DNA from: Planctomycetota bacterium
Lineage (GTDB): Bacteria; Planctomycetota; MHYJ01; JACPRB01
Length of the DNA: 24,510 nucleotides
Assembly (NCBI GenBank): GCA_035490275.1
Contig: DATHFI010000186.1
Span: 1 to 24,510 of the forward strand
Direction of reading: 5' to 3'
The translations under genes were made by a program, and so were the position numbers. Shown here piece after piece: positions 5,986 through 14,710 of the stretch; the first letter of the stretch is position 1, and each line of letters starts with the position of its first letter. Below the pieces are notes generated by a model. It worked only from the letters and a program-made list of their open reading frames with translations, was not told where the DNA came from and did no database searches.

Positions 5986-6999
5986 ATGATGTCGCGGAGA
6001 ATGGTCCGGAACGTCCTGGCGACCGCCGGGATCGCCCTCCTTGCCGCCCCCGCGGCCTTCGCGGTCTTGGCGGAGGCCTCCCACGGCCGCGACGCCGCCT
6101 TCCTGGAGGAAGTGCGCGCCGCGCAGGACCGCGTCCGTTTCCAGGGACGAAAGGTGGTCGCCTTTCATGACGGGACGGCCATCCTCGACGTCCGCGCGGA
6201 TCGCCCGGGGCGCCTCCACGTCGAAACCGTCCAGCGTCCCGCGGGCCGCCGCGGGTTCGGCTGGCCGGGCCGCGGGCCTCGGGGCCGCTTCGCCGACCCG
6301 GCCCTCATCGCCGAAAACTACCGGCTCGACCCCCGCGGTCGGGAGACTCTCGCGGGCCGCGAGGCGGACCGGTTCGCGCTCCGCCCCCGTCGCCCGGGTC
6401 GCGCGGCTTATGAATTCGCCGTCGACCGCTCGACCCGATTCCTCCTCGCCTTCCGCGCCGTGGCGGCCGACGGCACGACCCTCTATGACTCCCGATTCGA
6501 ATCCATCGAATTCAATCCCGCCGCCCGGCCGGAGGCGAGCGCGCCCAAGCCGTCCACGCCCACCGGTCCCAAACAAGAGAGGCCCCGGCGCGTGATCCGG
6601 CAACGCGTCACCGAGGAGGAGCTCCGCGGCGCCATGCCCTTCACGGTGTGGAGGCCCGCCTGGGTGCCCGAAGGCTTTCGGCTCCGAGCGCTCGAGCGGT
6701 ACGTCATCCGCGATCTCGGCGAGGCGGTGATGGGAACATGGTCCGACGGGATGGCCTCGATCTTCGTGGTCCAGGCGGATGCGTCCAACCCGGCGTGGGA
6801 ACTCTTCCGCGGCCTCTACCTCGGCCTTCCGGAAGCCCCCGCGGCGGCCGCCGGAACCGACATCGTGGCCCACCGGATGCGCCACCCCGGCGGCGCGGTC
6901 CTCAACCTCACCCTCGAGGGGACGGAACTCCTGATCGGCGGGCAGATCGATCCTTCGGAATTGGAAGAGATGGCGAAACGCTTGGTTAAAATCGACTGA
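5986..6999 (+). CDS. RseB/MucB-like periplasmic negative regulator (LolA-fold N-domain plus C-domain)
   Basis: Signal peptide (AFA cleavage). ENYRL...GRETLAGREADRFALRP...YEFAVDRSTRFLL and VWRPAWVPEGFRL are typical of MucB/RseB. Located third in a sigma/anti-sigma operon. Confidence 0.75.
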   Translation: MMSRRMVRNVLATAGIALLAAPAAFAVLAEASHGRDAAFLEEVRAAQDRVRFQGRKVVAFHDGTAILDVRADRPGRLHVETVQRPAGRRGFGWPGRGPRGRFADPALIAENYRLDPRGRETLAGREADRFALRPRRPGRAAYEFAVDRSTRFLLAFRAVAADGTTLYDSRFESIEFNPAARPEASAPKPSTPTGPKQERPRRVIRQRVTEEELRGAMPFTVWRPAWVPEGFRLRALERYVIRDLGEAVMGTWSDGMASIFVVQADASNPAWELFRGLYLGLPEAPAAAAGTDIVAHRMRHPGGAVLNLTLEGTELLIGGQIDPSELEEMAKRLVKID

Positions 7000-7016
7000 C
7001 ACAAGATGGAGGCCTC

Positions 7017-8039
7017 ATGACGACGATCATGGCTCTCGTGGCGACGGCGGTGCTGGCTACCTATCAGGATCCCCCGACTCCGGCTCCGGCCCCGGCCCCG
7101 CAGGAGGGCGAAGGCCGGCGGACCCGGCGCATCGAAATGTTCCAGGACCAGAATCCCGAGCGCCAGGCGGAGCAGCGCGCCAAGTTCCTCAAGGACCAGC
7201 TCGGCCTCACCGACGAGCAGGTCCAGAAGGCGACCGAGATCTACAAGCAGTCGCGCGAAGCGGAGGCGAAGCTCGAGAAGGAGCGCCAGGGGAAGCTCCG
7301 CGAGATCCTCACCGATGACCAGAAGAAGAAGTACGACGACCTCATCGAGAACCCCGGCCGCTTCACCGCCCGGCCCGGCGCCGGAGGCGCGTTCGGCGGC
7401 TTCGACCGGATGATGGAGGGCTGGGCCGACACGCTCAAGAAGGAGCTCGGACTCAGCGACGAGGCCTTCGAGAAGGTGAAGGGGATCGTCGAGGACTTTC
7501 GCAAGAAGACCCAGGACCGCATCGAGAAACTCCGCCAGGACGGCTTCCAGGGGATGAACTGGCAGGAGGAGATGCAGAAGTTCCAGGACGGGCTCAAGGA
7601 TATCGGGGAGAAGATCAAGGAACACCTCACCCCCGAGCAGAAGGAGAAATTCGACAAGCTCGTCGAGCGGCTCCAGCCCGGCCGCTTCGGACCCCAGGGC
7701 GGCCCCCAGCGCCCGTCTCCGGAAGAGCGCGCGGGCCGCGTCGTCGAGGCCCTGAAGATCGAGGACTCGAAGGACCAGGCCGCCGTCAAGACGTCCGTTG
7801 TAAAGGTCCTCGAGGCCGAGCAGGCCCTGCGGGATTACGACCGGGAGTCGCGCGGCAAAGTCGAGGAGATCAACCGGGACAGCTCGCTGAGCGACGAGCA
7901 GGTCGCCGCCAAGCTGAACGAGATCCGCTCGGCGCGCCTGGAGAAGGACAAGGCCCACAAGTCGGCCCAGAAGGATCTGCGGGAAGTGGTCTCGGCGCGG
8001 CAGGAAGTGGAGCTGATCCGCCAAGGGATCTTCCGGTAA
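7017..8039 (+). CDS. Exported all-helical protein with repeated LTxxQ motifs (Spy/CpxP-like, three tandem modules)
   Basis: Signal peptide, then LGLTDEQ, ILTDDQ, LGLSDE, HLTPEQ, LSDEQ and VSARQ motifs. The modules are separated by G/P-rich linkers. GGAGG RBS. Confidence 0.65.
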   Translation: MTTIMALVATAVLATYQDPPTPAPAPAPQEGEGRRTRRIEMFQDQNPERQAEQRAKFLKDQLGLTDEQVQKATEIYKQSREAEAKLEKERQGKLREILTDDQKKKYDDLIENPGRFTARPGAGGAFGGFDRMMEGWADTLKKELGLSDEAFEKVKGIVEDFRKKTQDRIEKLRQDGFQGMNWQEEMQKFQDGLKDIGEKIKEHLTPEQKEKFDKLVERLQPGRFGPQGGPQRPSPEERAGRVVEALKIEDSKDQAAVKTSVVKVLEAEQALRDYDRESRGKVEEINRDSSLSDEQVAAKLNEIRSARLEKDKAHKSAQKDLREVVSARQEVELIRQGIFR

Positions 8040-8045
8040 ACAAGC

Positions 8046-8124
8046 GGCTTCCGGCTCGCGCTTCCGGACTTCAGCCTCGGGCTGATTGCTGAACGCCGAG
8101 AGCTGAAAGCCGTGCGAGCCGAAG
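8046..8124. repeat. Composite heptamer / inverted-repeat element
   Basis: GCTGATT GCTGAAC GCCGAGA GCTGAAA GCCGTGC (8081-8115). Hairpin TCAGCC-TCG-GGCTGA (8071-8085). GGCTCGC (8053-8059) pairs with GCGAGCC (8114-8120). Confidence 0.75.
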
Positions 8125-8133
8125 GCGAGCATT

Positions 8134-9822
8134 ATGCGTGAGCCCATCGGCCGGATCATGGTCCGGCACGGCGTCGTCACCGACGCCCAGATCGAGGAGG
8201 CGCTCCGCCTCCGCGAGAAGGGCGAACGGCTGGGGGAGGCGCTCCGCCGCCTCGGCCACGCGGGCGAGGACCACGTCGTCGCCGCCCTCGCGGAGCAGCT
8301 CCGTCTGCCCGTCGTCGAGCTCGCCGGCCGGGAAATCCCCTCCGAGGTCCTCGATCAGGTCGGGGTCAAGACGGTCTTCCGTCGGAAGGTTCTCCCTTTC
8401 GAGCGGGAGAACGGGACGCTGCGCGTGGCGCTGGCCGATCCGCTCGATCTCGATGTTCTCGACGAGCTGCGGCTCCTCGTGAAGGGGGAGGTCGTGCCGG
8501 TCCTCGCGCGGCCGTCGGAGATCGACCGGCTCATCCGGCGCTACTACGGCGTGGCGGCGGACACGGTCGACGGGATGGTCGAGGCGGCCCGGGAGGAGCT
8601 GACCGTCCTCAGGGAGGGCGAGGCCCGCGAAGATGAGGCGACGGCGCTCGCGGAAGACGCCGGCCTCATCAAGTTCGTCAACCAGCTCTTCACCGAGGGG
8701 GTGCGCGACCGCGCGAGCGACATCCACATCGAGCCGCTCGAGGAGGGACTGCGCATCCGGTACCGGATCGACGGCATCCTCCACCAGATCCCCGTGCCGC
8801 CGCAGATCGGAAGGTTCACCTCCGCGATCATCTCGCGCCTGAAGATCATGTCGGGGCTGAACATCGCCGAGAAGCGGCTCCCGCAGGACGGCCGCATCAT
8901 GCTCAAGGCGCTCGGCCACGAGATCGACGTCCGCGTCTCCATCATCCCGAACGTCTGGGGCGAGGGGGTCTGCCTGCGCCTCCTCGATCGCCGGAACATC
9001 CAACTCACCCTCGAGGATCTCGGGATGCCGCCGAAGGTCCTGGAGCAGTTCCGCCTGCTCATCGGCCAGCCCCACGGGATCCTGCTCGTGACGGGCCCGA
9101 CGGGCAGCGGCAAGACGACGACCCTCTACGCCGCGCTCCAGAAGATCAACGCGGTCGAGGACAAGATCATCACCATCGAGGATCCGGTCGAGTACCACCT
9201 CGGCGGGATCAAGCAGATCCAGGTGAACGTCCGGACGGGCCTGACCTTCGCGGGCGGCCTGAGGGCGATCCTGCGCCACGACCCCGACATCATCATGGTG
9301 GGCGAGATCCGCGACCTCGAGACGGCCGAGATCGCCATCCAGAGCGCCCTCACGGGCCACCTCGTCTTCTCGACGCTCCACACGAACGACGCGCCGAGCG
9401 CGCTCACGCGGCTCATCGACATGGGCCTGGAGCCCTTCCTGGTCTCGTCCACGATCGAGGGGTTGATGGCGCAGCGCCTCGTCCGCCGCGTCTGCCTGAT
9501 GTGCCGGGAGGAAGTGCGCCCGAAGGTGGCCGAATTCGAGACCGGCGCCCTGCCCGAGGACATCCGCACGTTCTGGCGCGGGAAGGGATGCCCCGAGTGC
9601 CGGGGGACCGGCTACCGCGGGCGGCAGGGCGTCTTCGAGCTCGTCGTCCTCAACGACAGCATCCGCGAGCTGGTCCTGAAGCACGCGAGCGCCGGGGCGG
9701 TGAAGCAGGCCTGCATCGCGGCGGGGATGAGGACTCTCCGCGACGACGGCTGGGACCGCGTGAGAACCGGAGTCACCACGCCCGAGGAGGTGATCCGGAT
9801 TACCAAGGCCGACAAGTTTTGA
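8134..9822 (+). CDS. gspE: Type II secretion ATPase GspE (PilB/GspE family) with MshEN-like N-terminus
   Basis: Walker A GPTGSGKTTT, TIEDPVEY, Walker B DIIMVGEIRD, His box GHLVFSTLHTN, tetra-Cys CLMC...CPEC, DIHIEP, AEKRLPQDG. Confidence 0.95.
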   Translation: MREPIGRIMVRHGVVTDAQIEEALRLREKGERLGEALRRLGHAGEDHVVAALAEQLRLPVVELAGREIPSEVLDQVGVKTVFRRKVLPFERENGTLRVALADPLDLDVLDELRLLVKGEVVPVLARPSEIDRLIRRYYGVAADTVDGMVEAAREELTVLREGEAREDEATALAEDAGLIKFVNQLFTEGVRDRASDIHIEPLEEGLRIRYRIDGILHQIPVPPQIGRFTSAIISRLKIMSGLNIAEKRLPQDGRIMLKALGHEIDVRVSIIPNVWGEGVCLRLLDRRNIQLTLEDLGMPPKVLEQFRLLIGQPHGILLVTGPTGSGKTTTLYAALQKINAVEDKIITIEDPVEYHLGGIKQIQVNVRTGLTFAGGLRAILRHDPDIIMVGEIRDLETAEIAIQSALTGHLVFSTLHTNDAPSALTRLIDMGLEPFLVSSTIEGLMAQRLVRRVCLMCREEVRPKVAEFETGALPEDIRTFWRGKGCPECRGTGYRGRQGVFELVVLNDSIRELVLKHASAGAVKQACIAAGMRTLRDDGWDRVRTGVTTPEEVIRITKADKF

Positions 9823-9826
9823 CGAC

Positions 9827-9885
9827 GATGACCGATGACGGATGACGCCGATTCCCCGGTCATCTGTCATCGGACATCTGTCATC
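9827..9885. repeat. Inverted heptamer array (GATGACN)x3 ... (NGTCATC)x4, hairpin-forming
   Basis: GATGACC GATGACG GATGACG (9827-9847), a 10-nt spacer, then GGTCATC TGTCATC GGACATC TGTCATC (9858-9885). Confidence 0.9.
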
Positions 9886-9911
9886 ATCGACATGACCTCC
9901 TGAGGCTTGGT

Positions 9912-11141
9912 ATGCCGCTATTTGCCTATAAAGCCAAAAAGGACGACGGCTCGACCGTCGAGGGGATGCTCCAGGCGGAGACGGAGCGGTCCGCCCTCGA
10001 CGCGCTCGGCCGCCAGGGGGTCTTTCCGCTCCAGATCGCCGAGTCCGGGGGCGCGGCCGCGGGGCCCTCTCAGGCCCGCGGGATTCGCCGGGTGCGGCGG
10101 CGCATCAAGCCGGAGGACGTCGGCCTCTTCACGCAGCAGCTCGGCGACCTCCTGAAGGCCGGGGTCCCGATCAACCGGGCCCTCGGGACGCTCGAGAAGC
10201 AGACGTCGAACGCCTCCTTCTCGGAGCTCATCGCCGACCTCGGGAAGCAAGTCTCGGCGGGCAAGCCGCTCCACGAGACGCTGGGCCGGTACCCCCGGTA
10301 TTTTCCGCCGCTCTACACGAGCATGGTGAAGGCGGGCGAGACGGGCGGGTTCCTCGAGGACGTCCTCCACCGGCTCGCGTCGTTCATCGACAAGGATTCG
10401 GACCTGCGGAGCCGGATCAAGGCGGCGCTCGCCTATCCCGTCCTGCTGATCATCCTCGGGACGGCGGCCATCGCCTTCCTCATGGTCTTCTTCATCCCCC
10501 GGTTCAGCGAGATCTTCGCCAAGCTCGGCTCGCAGCTGCCATGGTCCACGCGGGTCGTCATGTCGGTCAGCTATTTTTTCCGCGACTACTGGATGATCCC
10601 CGTCGCCCTGGTGGTCCTCGTCCCCGTCCTCTGGACGCGGCTCACGGCGACCTTCACGGGGCGCCAGACGGTGGACCGGCTGAAGCTGGGCGCGCCGGTC
10701 TACGGGGATATCACGAGGAAGAGCGCCATCGCGCGATTCACCCGGACGCTCGGGACGCTCCTGAAGAGCGGAGTTCCGATCCTGTCAGGGCTGGCGATCG
10801 CGAAGGAGGCCATGGCGAACTCGGTGCTGATGCGGGACATCGACGAGGCCGCCGCGGGCGTTAAACAGGGACGGAGCCTGGCGGAGATCATGCGCAAGTC
10901 GCGGGGTTTTCCCGCCATGGTCGTGGACATGATCGCCGTGGGCGAGGAATCGGGGAATCTCGACGAGGTGCTCGTGAACCTGGCCGATTCGTACGACAAT
11001 CAGGTCGACCGGTCGGTCAAGGTCTTCATTTCCCTTTTCGAGCCGGTGCTGCTCGTCATCATGGCCTCGATCGTCGGCTTCGTGGTGATTTCGATGCTGC
11101 TCCCCGTGTTCACGCTGTCGTCCATGATCGGAAAAAAGTGA
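9912..11141 (+). CDS. gspF: Type II secretion inner-membrane platform protein GspF
   Basis: MPLFAYKA N-terminus, two T2SSF repeats (AGETGGFL / VGEESGNL), AALAYP, three TM segments, FEPVLL...LLPVF. Confidence 0.95.
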   Translation: MPLFAYKAKKDDGSTVEGMLQAETERSALDALGRQGVFPLQIAESGGAAAGPSQARGIRRVRRRIKPEDVGLFTQQLGDLLKAGVPINRALGTLEKQTSNASFSELIADLGKQVSAGKPLHETLGRYPRYFPPLYTSMVKAGETGGFLEDVLHRLASFIDKDSDLRSRIKAALAYPVLLIILGTAAIAFLMVFFIPRFSEIFAKLGSQLPWSTRVVMSVSYFFRDYWMIPVALVVLVPVLWTRLTATFTGRQTVDRLKLGAPVYGDITRKSAIARFTRTLGTLLKSGVPILSGLAIAKEAMANSVLMRDIDEAAAGVKQGRSLAEIMRKSRGFPAMVVDMIAVGEESGNLDEVLVNLADSYDNQVDRSVKVFISLFEPVLLVIMASIVGFVVISMLLPVFTLSSMIGKK

Positions 11142-11152
11142 GGAACCATCCC

Positions 11153-11581
11153 ATGCGCAGGAATCGTCGCACTGCCTCGAGGGGATTCACCCTGATCGAG
11201 CTGCTCCTCGTGGTGGTCATCATCGGCATCCTCGCCGCGATCGTCGTGCCGCGCCTGACGGGCCGCACGGAGGACGCGCAGATCGGCGCCACGAAGGCGA
11301 CGATGACGAACATCCGGACGGCGCTCGGGCTCTACGAGACCGACAACGGAAAATTCCCCACCCAGGACCAGGACCTGATCGCGCTCATCGTGAAGCCGAC
11401 CGCCGCGCCGGAGCCGAAGAAGTGGCGGAAATACCTCGACACGAGCGAGGTTCCGACGGACGCCTGGGGAAACAAGATCACCTACAAGAACCCGGGCGAG
11501 AAGAACACGGATGGATACGACCTGGTCTCGGCCGGCCCCGACGGGGTTGCGGGAAATGATGACGACATCGTCATGCCATAG
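11153..11581 (+). CDS. gspG: Type II secretion major pseudopilin GspG
   Basis: G|FTLIELLLVVVIIGILAAIVVP, DAWGNKITY, YDLVSAGPDG...DDI C-terminus. ATG 11153 follows a GAGGA RBS. Confidence 0.93.
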   Translation: MRRNRRTASRGFTLIELLLVVVIIGILAAIVVPRLTGRTEDAQIGATKATMTNIRTALGLYETDNGKFPTQDQDLIALIVKPTAAPEPKKWRKYLDTSEVPTDAWGNKITYKNPGEKNTDGYDLVSAGPDGVAGNDDDIVMP

Positions 11582-12095
11582 GCGCGCCAACGGCGGATTC
11601 ACCCTCTATGAGGTCGTCGTCGTCCTCATCGTGTTCCTCGTCGTTTCGGCGGTCCTGGTCCCCTCGTTCACCGGGTTCCTCCCGTCGGTGCGGGTGAGGA
11701 AGGCGGGGAGCGGACTCCTCGCCACCCTCGGCAAGGCGCGGTTCGACGCGGCGCTCACGGCCCGGCGCCTGCGCGTGATCTTCGCGAAGGGAGAACTGCC
11801 CTCGTACCGGATCGTCTACGAGCCCGACCCCATGAACGAGCCCGCGACCTTCCGCGCGCTTCCCGGGGAGTGGGGGACGAAGACCGAGCTGCCGGAGGGC
11901 GTCTCCTTCGAGTCGATCGAGGGGTCGGAAACCGATCCGCAGACTTCCGAAGAGTTTCTCGAGTTCTCCGCCGACGGGAGCGCGCCCGCGGCCACGATCG
12001 TCCTGGCCCACGAGAACGGAGAAAAGGTGACGCTCGAGGTGGATCCCGCCGACGGCCGCACGCGGGTCGTGGAACCCGAGGAGAAGAAGCCGTGA
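11556..12095 (+). CDS. gspH: Minor pseudopilin GspH-like
   Basis: GG|FTLYEVVVVL N-methylation motif and FSADGSA loop, positioned after gspG. Start at ATG 11556 or 11559. Confidence 0.8.
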   Translation: MMTTSSCHRRANGGFTLYEVVVVLIVFLVVSAVLVPSFTGFLPSVRVRKAGSGLLATLGKARFDAALTARRLRVIFAKGELPSYRIVYEPDPMNEPATFRALPGEWGTKTELPEGVSFESIEGSETDPQTSEEFLEFSADGSAPAATIVLAHENGEKVTLEVDPADGRTRVVEPEEKKP

Positions 12096-12523
12096 CCCTC
12101 CTTCGCCCCGTTTCTGCCATGAAGTTTTCGCCGGGGCTTCGGAAGGCGCCCTTCGGGCGTCCCGCCGGCTTTACTCTCATCGAAGTTCTTGTCGCCCTCG
12201 TCGTCGTCACCACGGCGTTGACCGTCGTGGCCCAGGGATTCCTGACCGGAGGCCGGGCCTCGGTCGCCTCCCAGCACGAAACGGTGGCCGTCTTCCTGGC
12301 GGAATCCAAGATGGCGGAGATCGACCTGGGAATCGTCTCCACCCAGTCTTCCACCTCGGGAACCTTCGAACCCGAACAGCCCGACTTTGCCTGGAAGACC
12401 GAGGTGGAGACGACGACCGTGACCGGACTGACGAAGCTCACCCTGACGGTGACGTGGAAAGAGCGCGAGGAGGAGCGGACGTTCGCCCTGACGCGGCTCA
12501 TCATGGAGCGGACAACCCAATGA
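12092..12523 (+). CDS. gspI: Minor pseudopilin GspI-like
   Basis: AG|FTLIEVLVALVVV, A..LAESKMAEI, F.W...VE. GTGA overlap with gspH; alternative ATG at 12119. Confidence 0.8.
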   Translation: MTLLRPVSAMKFSPGLRKAPFGRPAGFTLIEVLVALVVVTTALTVVAQGFLTGGRASVASQHETVAVFLAESKMAEIDLGIVSTQSSTSGTFEPEQPDFAWKTEVETTTVTGLTKLTLTVTWKEREEERTFALTRLIMERTTQ

Positions 12524-13284
12524 GCCGCTTCCAGCATCCAGCTTCCGGCTTCCCGCCTCGGGCGGGCCCGCTCGCAGCTCGCAGCTCGAAGCTCGAAGCC
12601 ACCCCCGGGATCACCAGGGGATTCACGCTCATTGAGCTTCTGGTTGCTCTCTCCATCTTTTTGATCGTGGTGAGCGCGAGCTATGCGCTCTTCGACGGCG
12701 GGAGAAACCTCGCCGCGCGGGGGGAATACCACGCCCATCGGTTCCAGGCGGCGCGCGCCGCCCTTCGGGCCCTCGAGGCCGACCTCAAGGGGGTCTTCCA
12801 GGGCGGGCCCTACGACGCGGGCTTCATCGGAAAGCACGGAGGCACCGAGGAGCTTCCCCTGGACACGCTCGAAGCGGTCGCCTTCAACAACCAGCCGAAA
12901 CTCGCCACGCCGGCCACCACGACGCTTTCCGTGCCGCCGCCGAAGGAATTCGACATCTCGCGCGTGGCCTACTCGATCGACGACCTCGACACCACGAAAG
13001 AAAAGGGCCTCGTCCGCCAGCGGACCAAGCTCGTCCCCGAAGTCGTCACGGTCAAAGACCCCGAGGAAGGACTCGAGGAGATCTCGCCCGACGTCGTCGG
13101 ACTGCGCCTGCGGTACTACGACGGATCCGACTGGCTCGACACGTGGGACTCAACGACCTCCCGCACCCTGCCGAAGGCGATCGAGGCGACGGTCCACGTG
13201 AAGTCCGTCTTCCGCGAGAAGGAGGAGGTCGAGGCGTTCTCCACGAAGATTTTCCTTCCGGTGGCGGCCTCGACGTCGCGGTGA
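12520..13284 (+). CDS. gspJ: Minor pseudopilin GspJ-like with an unusually long (34 aa) leader
   Basis: RG|FTLIELLVALSIF, LEADL, RVAYS...LVR, LRLRYYDGSDWLDTWDS...LPKAIE. ATGA overlap with gspI. Confidence 0.82.
   Translation: MSRFQHPASGFPPRAGPLAARSSKLEATPGITRGFTLIELLVALSIFLIVVSASYALFDGGRNLAARGEYHAHRFQAARAALRALEADLKGVFQGGPYDAGFIGKHGGTEELPLDTLEAVAFNNQPKLATPATTTLSVPPPKEFDISRVAYSIDDLDTTKEKGLVRQRTKLVPEVVTVKDPEEGLEEISPDVVGLRLRYYDGSDWLDTWDSTTSRTLPKAIEATVHVKSVFREKEEVEAFSTKIFLPVAASTSR
12527..12597 (+). repeat. Heptamer arrays flanking a hairpin, inside the gspJ leader
   Basis: GCTTCCA GCATCCA GCTTCCG GCTTCCC (12527-12554), hairpin CCCGCC-TCG-GGCGGG (12552-12566), GCTCGCA GCTCGCA GCTCGAA GCTCGAA (12570-12597). 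Confidence 0.85.
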
Positions 13285-14687
13285 TTCGCATGGAACGCGG
13301 AGTGAATTCCGGGCGACGGCGGCGGGATCGGGGGATCGCGCTCATCGTGGTCCTCTTCCTGAGCGCCGTGCTCACCCTGCTCATGTACAGCTTCCTCCAG
13401 GAGATGCAGGTCGAGTACAGCCTCGCGACCTCGTGCGGCCGCGAGGCGCAGGCGCGGCAGATCGCCTGGAGCGCCGTCGAGAAGGCCATCGCGGTCCTCG
13501 CCGCGGACAAGACGTCCGTCGCGGGCCCCTCCAGCCCCTGGTTCGACAAGCCCGACGAGTGGTACGAGATCGAGCTGGGGGACGGCGTCTTCTCGGCGAT
13601 CCGCATGAGCGCCGACAACGAGGGCAAGCTCCGCTACGGGATCGTCGACGAGGCGTCGAAGCTCAACCTGAATTTCGCACCGCGCTCGGCCCTCATGAAG
13701 CTCCCGAAGATGACCGACGAGATCGCGGACTCGATCCTCGACTGGCGCGACGCCGACGACACGCCGCTCGCGAACGGGGCGGAGAACGCGTACTACCAGG
13801 CCCTGCCCCAGCCCTACAAGTGCAAGAACGCGCTTTTCGAGACGGTCGAAGAGCTGCTCCTCGTGCGGGGCGTGACGCCGGAAATCCTCTACGGCGAGGA
13901 CTGGAACCAGAACGGCATCCTCGACGCGAACGAAAACGACGGGGACAAGTCGCCGCCCACGGACAACGCCGACGGCGTGCTCGACCTCGGCCTCATCGCC
14001 TACCTGACCGTCCACTCGAGCGACCGCAACATCCGGAACGACGGCACCGCCAGGATCAATGTGAATACGGCGACCCCGGAGCAGATCCAGCAGGGCCTCG
14101 AGCTGAGCGCCCAGGAGCTCCAGCGGGTCATGGCCGCCCGGACCGCGTTCGGACAGAACGGATTTCCGACGGTGGCCCATCTCATGCCGTCGATTCCGGT
14201 CGAAAAGTGGAAGCAGATCGTCGACCGGGTGACCGTCAGCGCGGCGCCGACCCTTCCGGGACTCGTCAACGTGAACACCGCCCCGAAGAAGATCCTGGAG
14301 ATGCTCCCGAGCCTGACCGCGGACGATGTCTCCAAGCTGGCCTCCCACCGAACCCAGGAGGGGGCCGACTTGTCCACACTGGGCTGGCTGGCCGACCTCC
14401 TGCCGCCGGAAAAGCTCCAGGCGGTGGCCGGGTTCGTGACCACGCGCGCGTTCCAGTACCGACTCGACATCGTGGCGCGCATCGGGCCGAAGTCCGAGCG
14501 GGCGGCGACGGCCACTTCCGTGAAGACGCTCGATCCGGCCGCCCCGCCGCCTCCCGTCCGGGTGATCCGGAGGCTGGCGGTGGTGATCGACCGCTCGGGG
14601 CCCGCGCCCCGCGTGATCTATTCGCGGGACATCAGCCGGCTGGGTCAGCCGTATCCAATCGAGGAGCCTGCGGAGAATTCGCGATGA
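13281..14687 (+). CDS. gspK: Minor pseudopilin GspK
   Basis: RG|IALIVVLFL (no Glu5, typical of GspK), DEASKLNLN, DSILDWRDAD...GAENAYY, FETVEELLLVRG, HhH-like INVNTA repeats. Start at GTG 13281 (GTGA overlap) or ATG 13290. Confidence 0.9.
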   Translation: MIRMERGVNSGRRRRDRGIALIVVLFLSAVLTLLMYSFLQEMQVEYSLATSCGREAQARQIAWSAVEKAIAVLAADKTSVAGPSSPWFDKPDEWYEIELGDGVFSAIRMSADNEGKLRYGIVDEASKLNLNFAPRSALMKLPKMTDEIADSILDWRDADDTPLANGAENAYYQALPQPYKCKNALFETVEELLLVRGVTPEILYGEDWNQNGILDANENDGDKSPPTDNADGVLDLGLIAYLTVHSSDRNIRNDGTARINVNTATPEQIQQGLELSAQELQRVMAARTAFGQNGFPTVAHLMPSIPVEKWKQIVDRVTVSAAPTLPGLVNVNTAPKKILEMLPSLTADDVSKLASHRTQEGADLSTLGWLADLLPPEKLQAVAGFVTTRAFQYRLDIVARIGPKSERAATATSVKTLDPAAPPPPVRVIRRLAVVIDRSGPAPRVIYSRDISRLGQPYPIEEPAENSR

Positions 14688-14710
14688 GGACGATAACTCG
14701 ATAGGGGTTT

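Noticed and set aside
5986-6030. SRR at the RseB-like N-terminus as a Tat signal
   Set aside because: It lacks the F/L residues of S-R-R-x-F-L-K. An ordinary Sec signal with AFA cleavage fits.
8071-9870. 599-aa antisense ORF over gspE, and similar ones at 18245..19831, 13116..14348, 14645..15892, 6816..8180 and 22870..24180
   Set aside because: Typical stop-poor antisense frames created by GC3-biased codons. No independent RBS or domain evidence.
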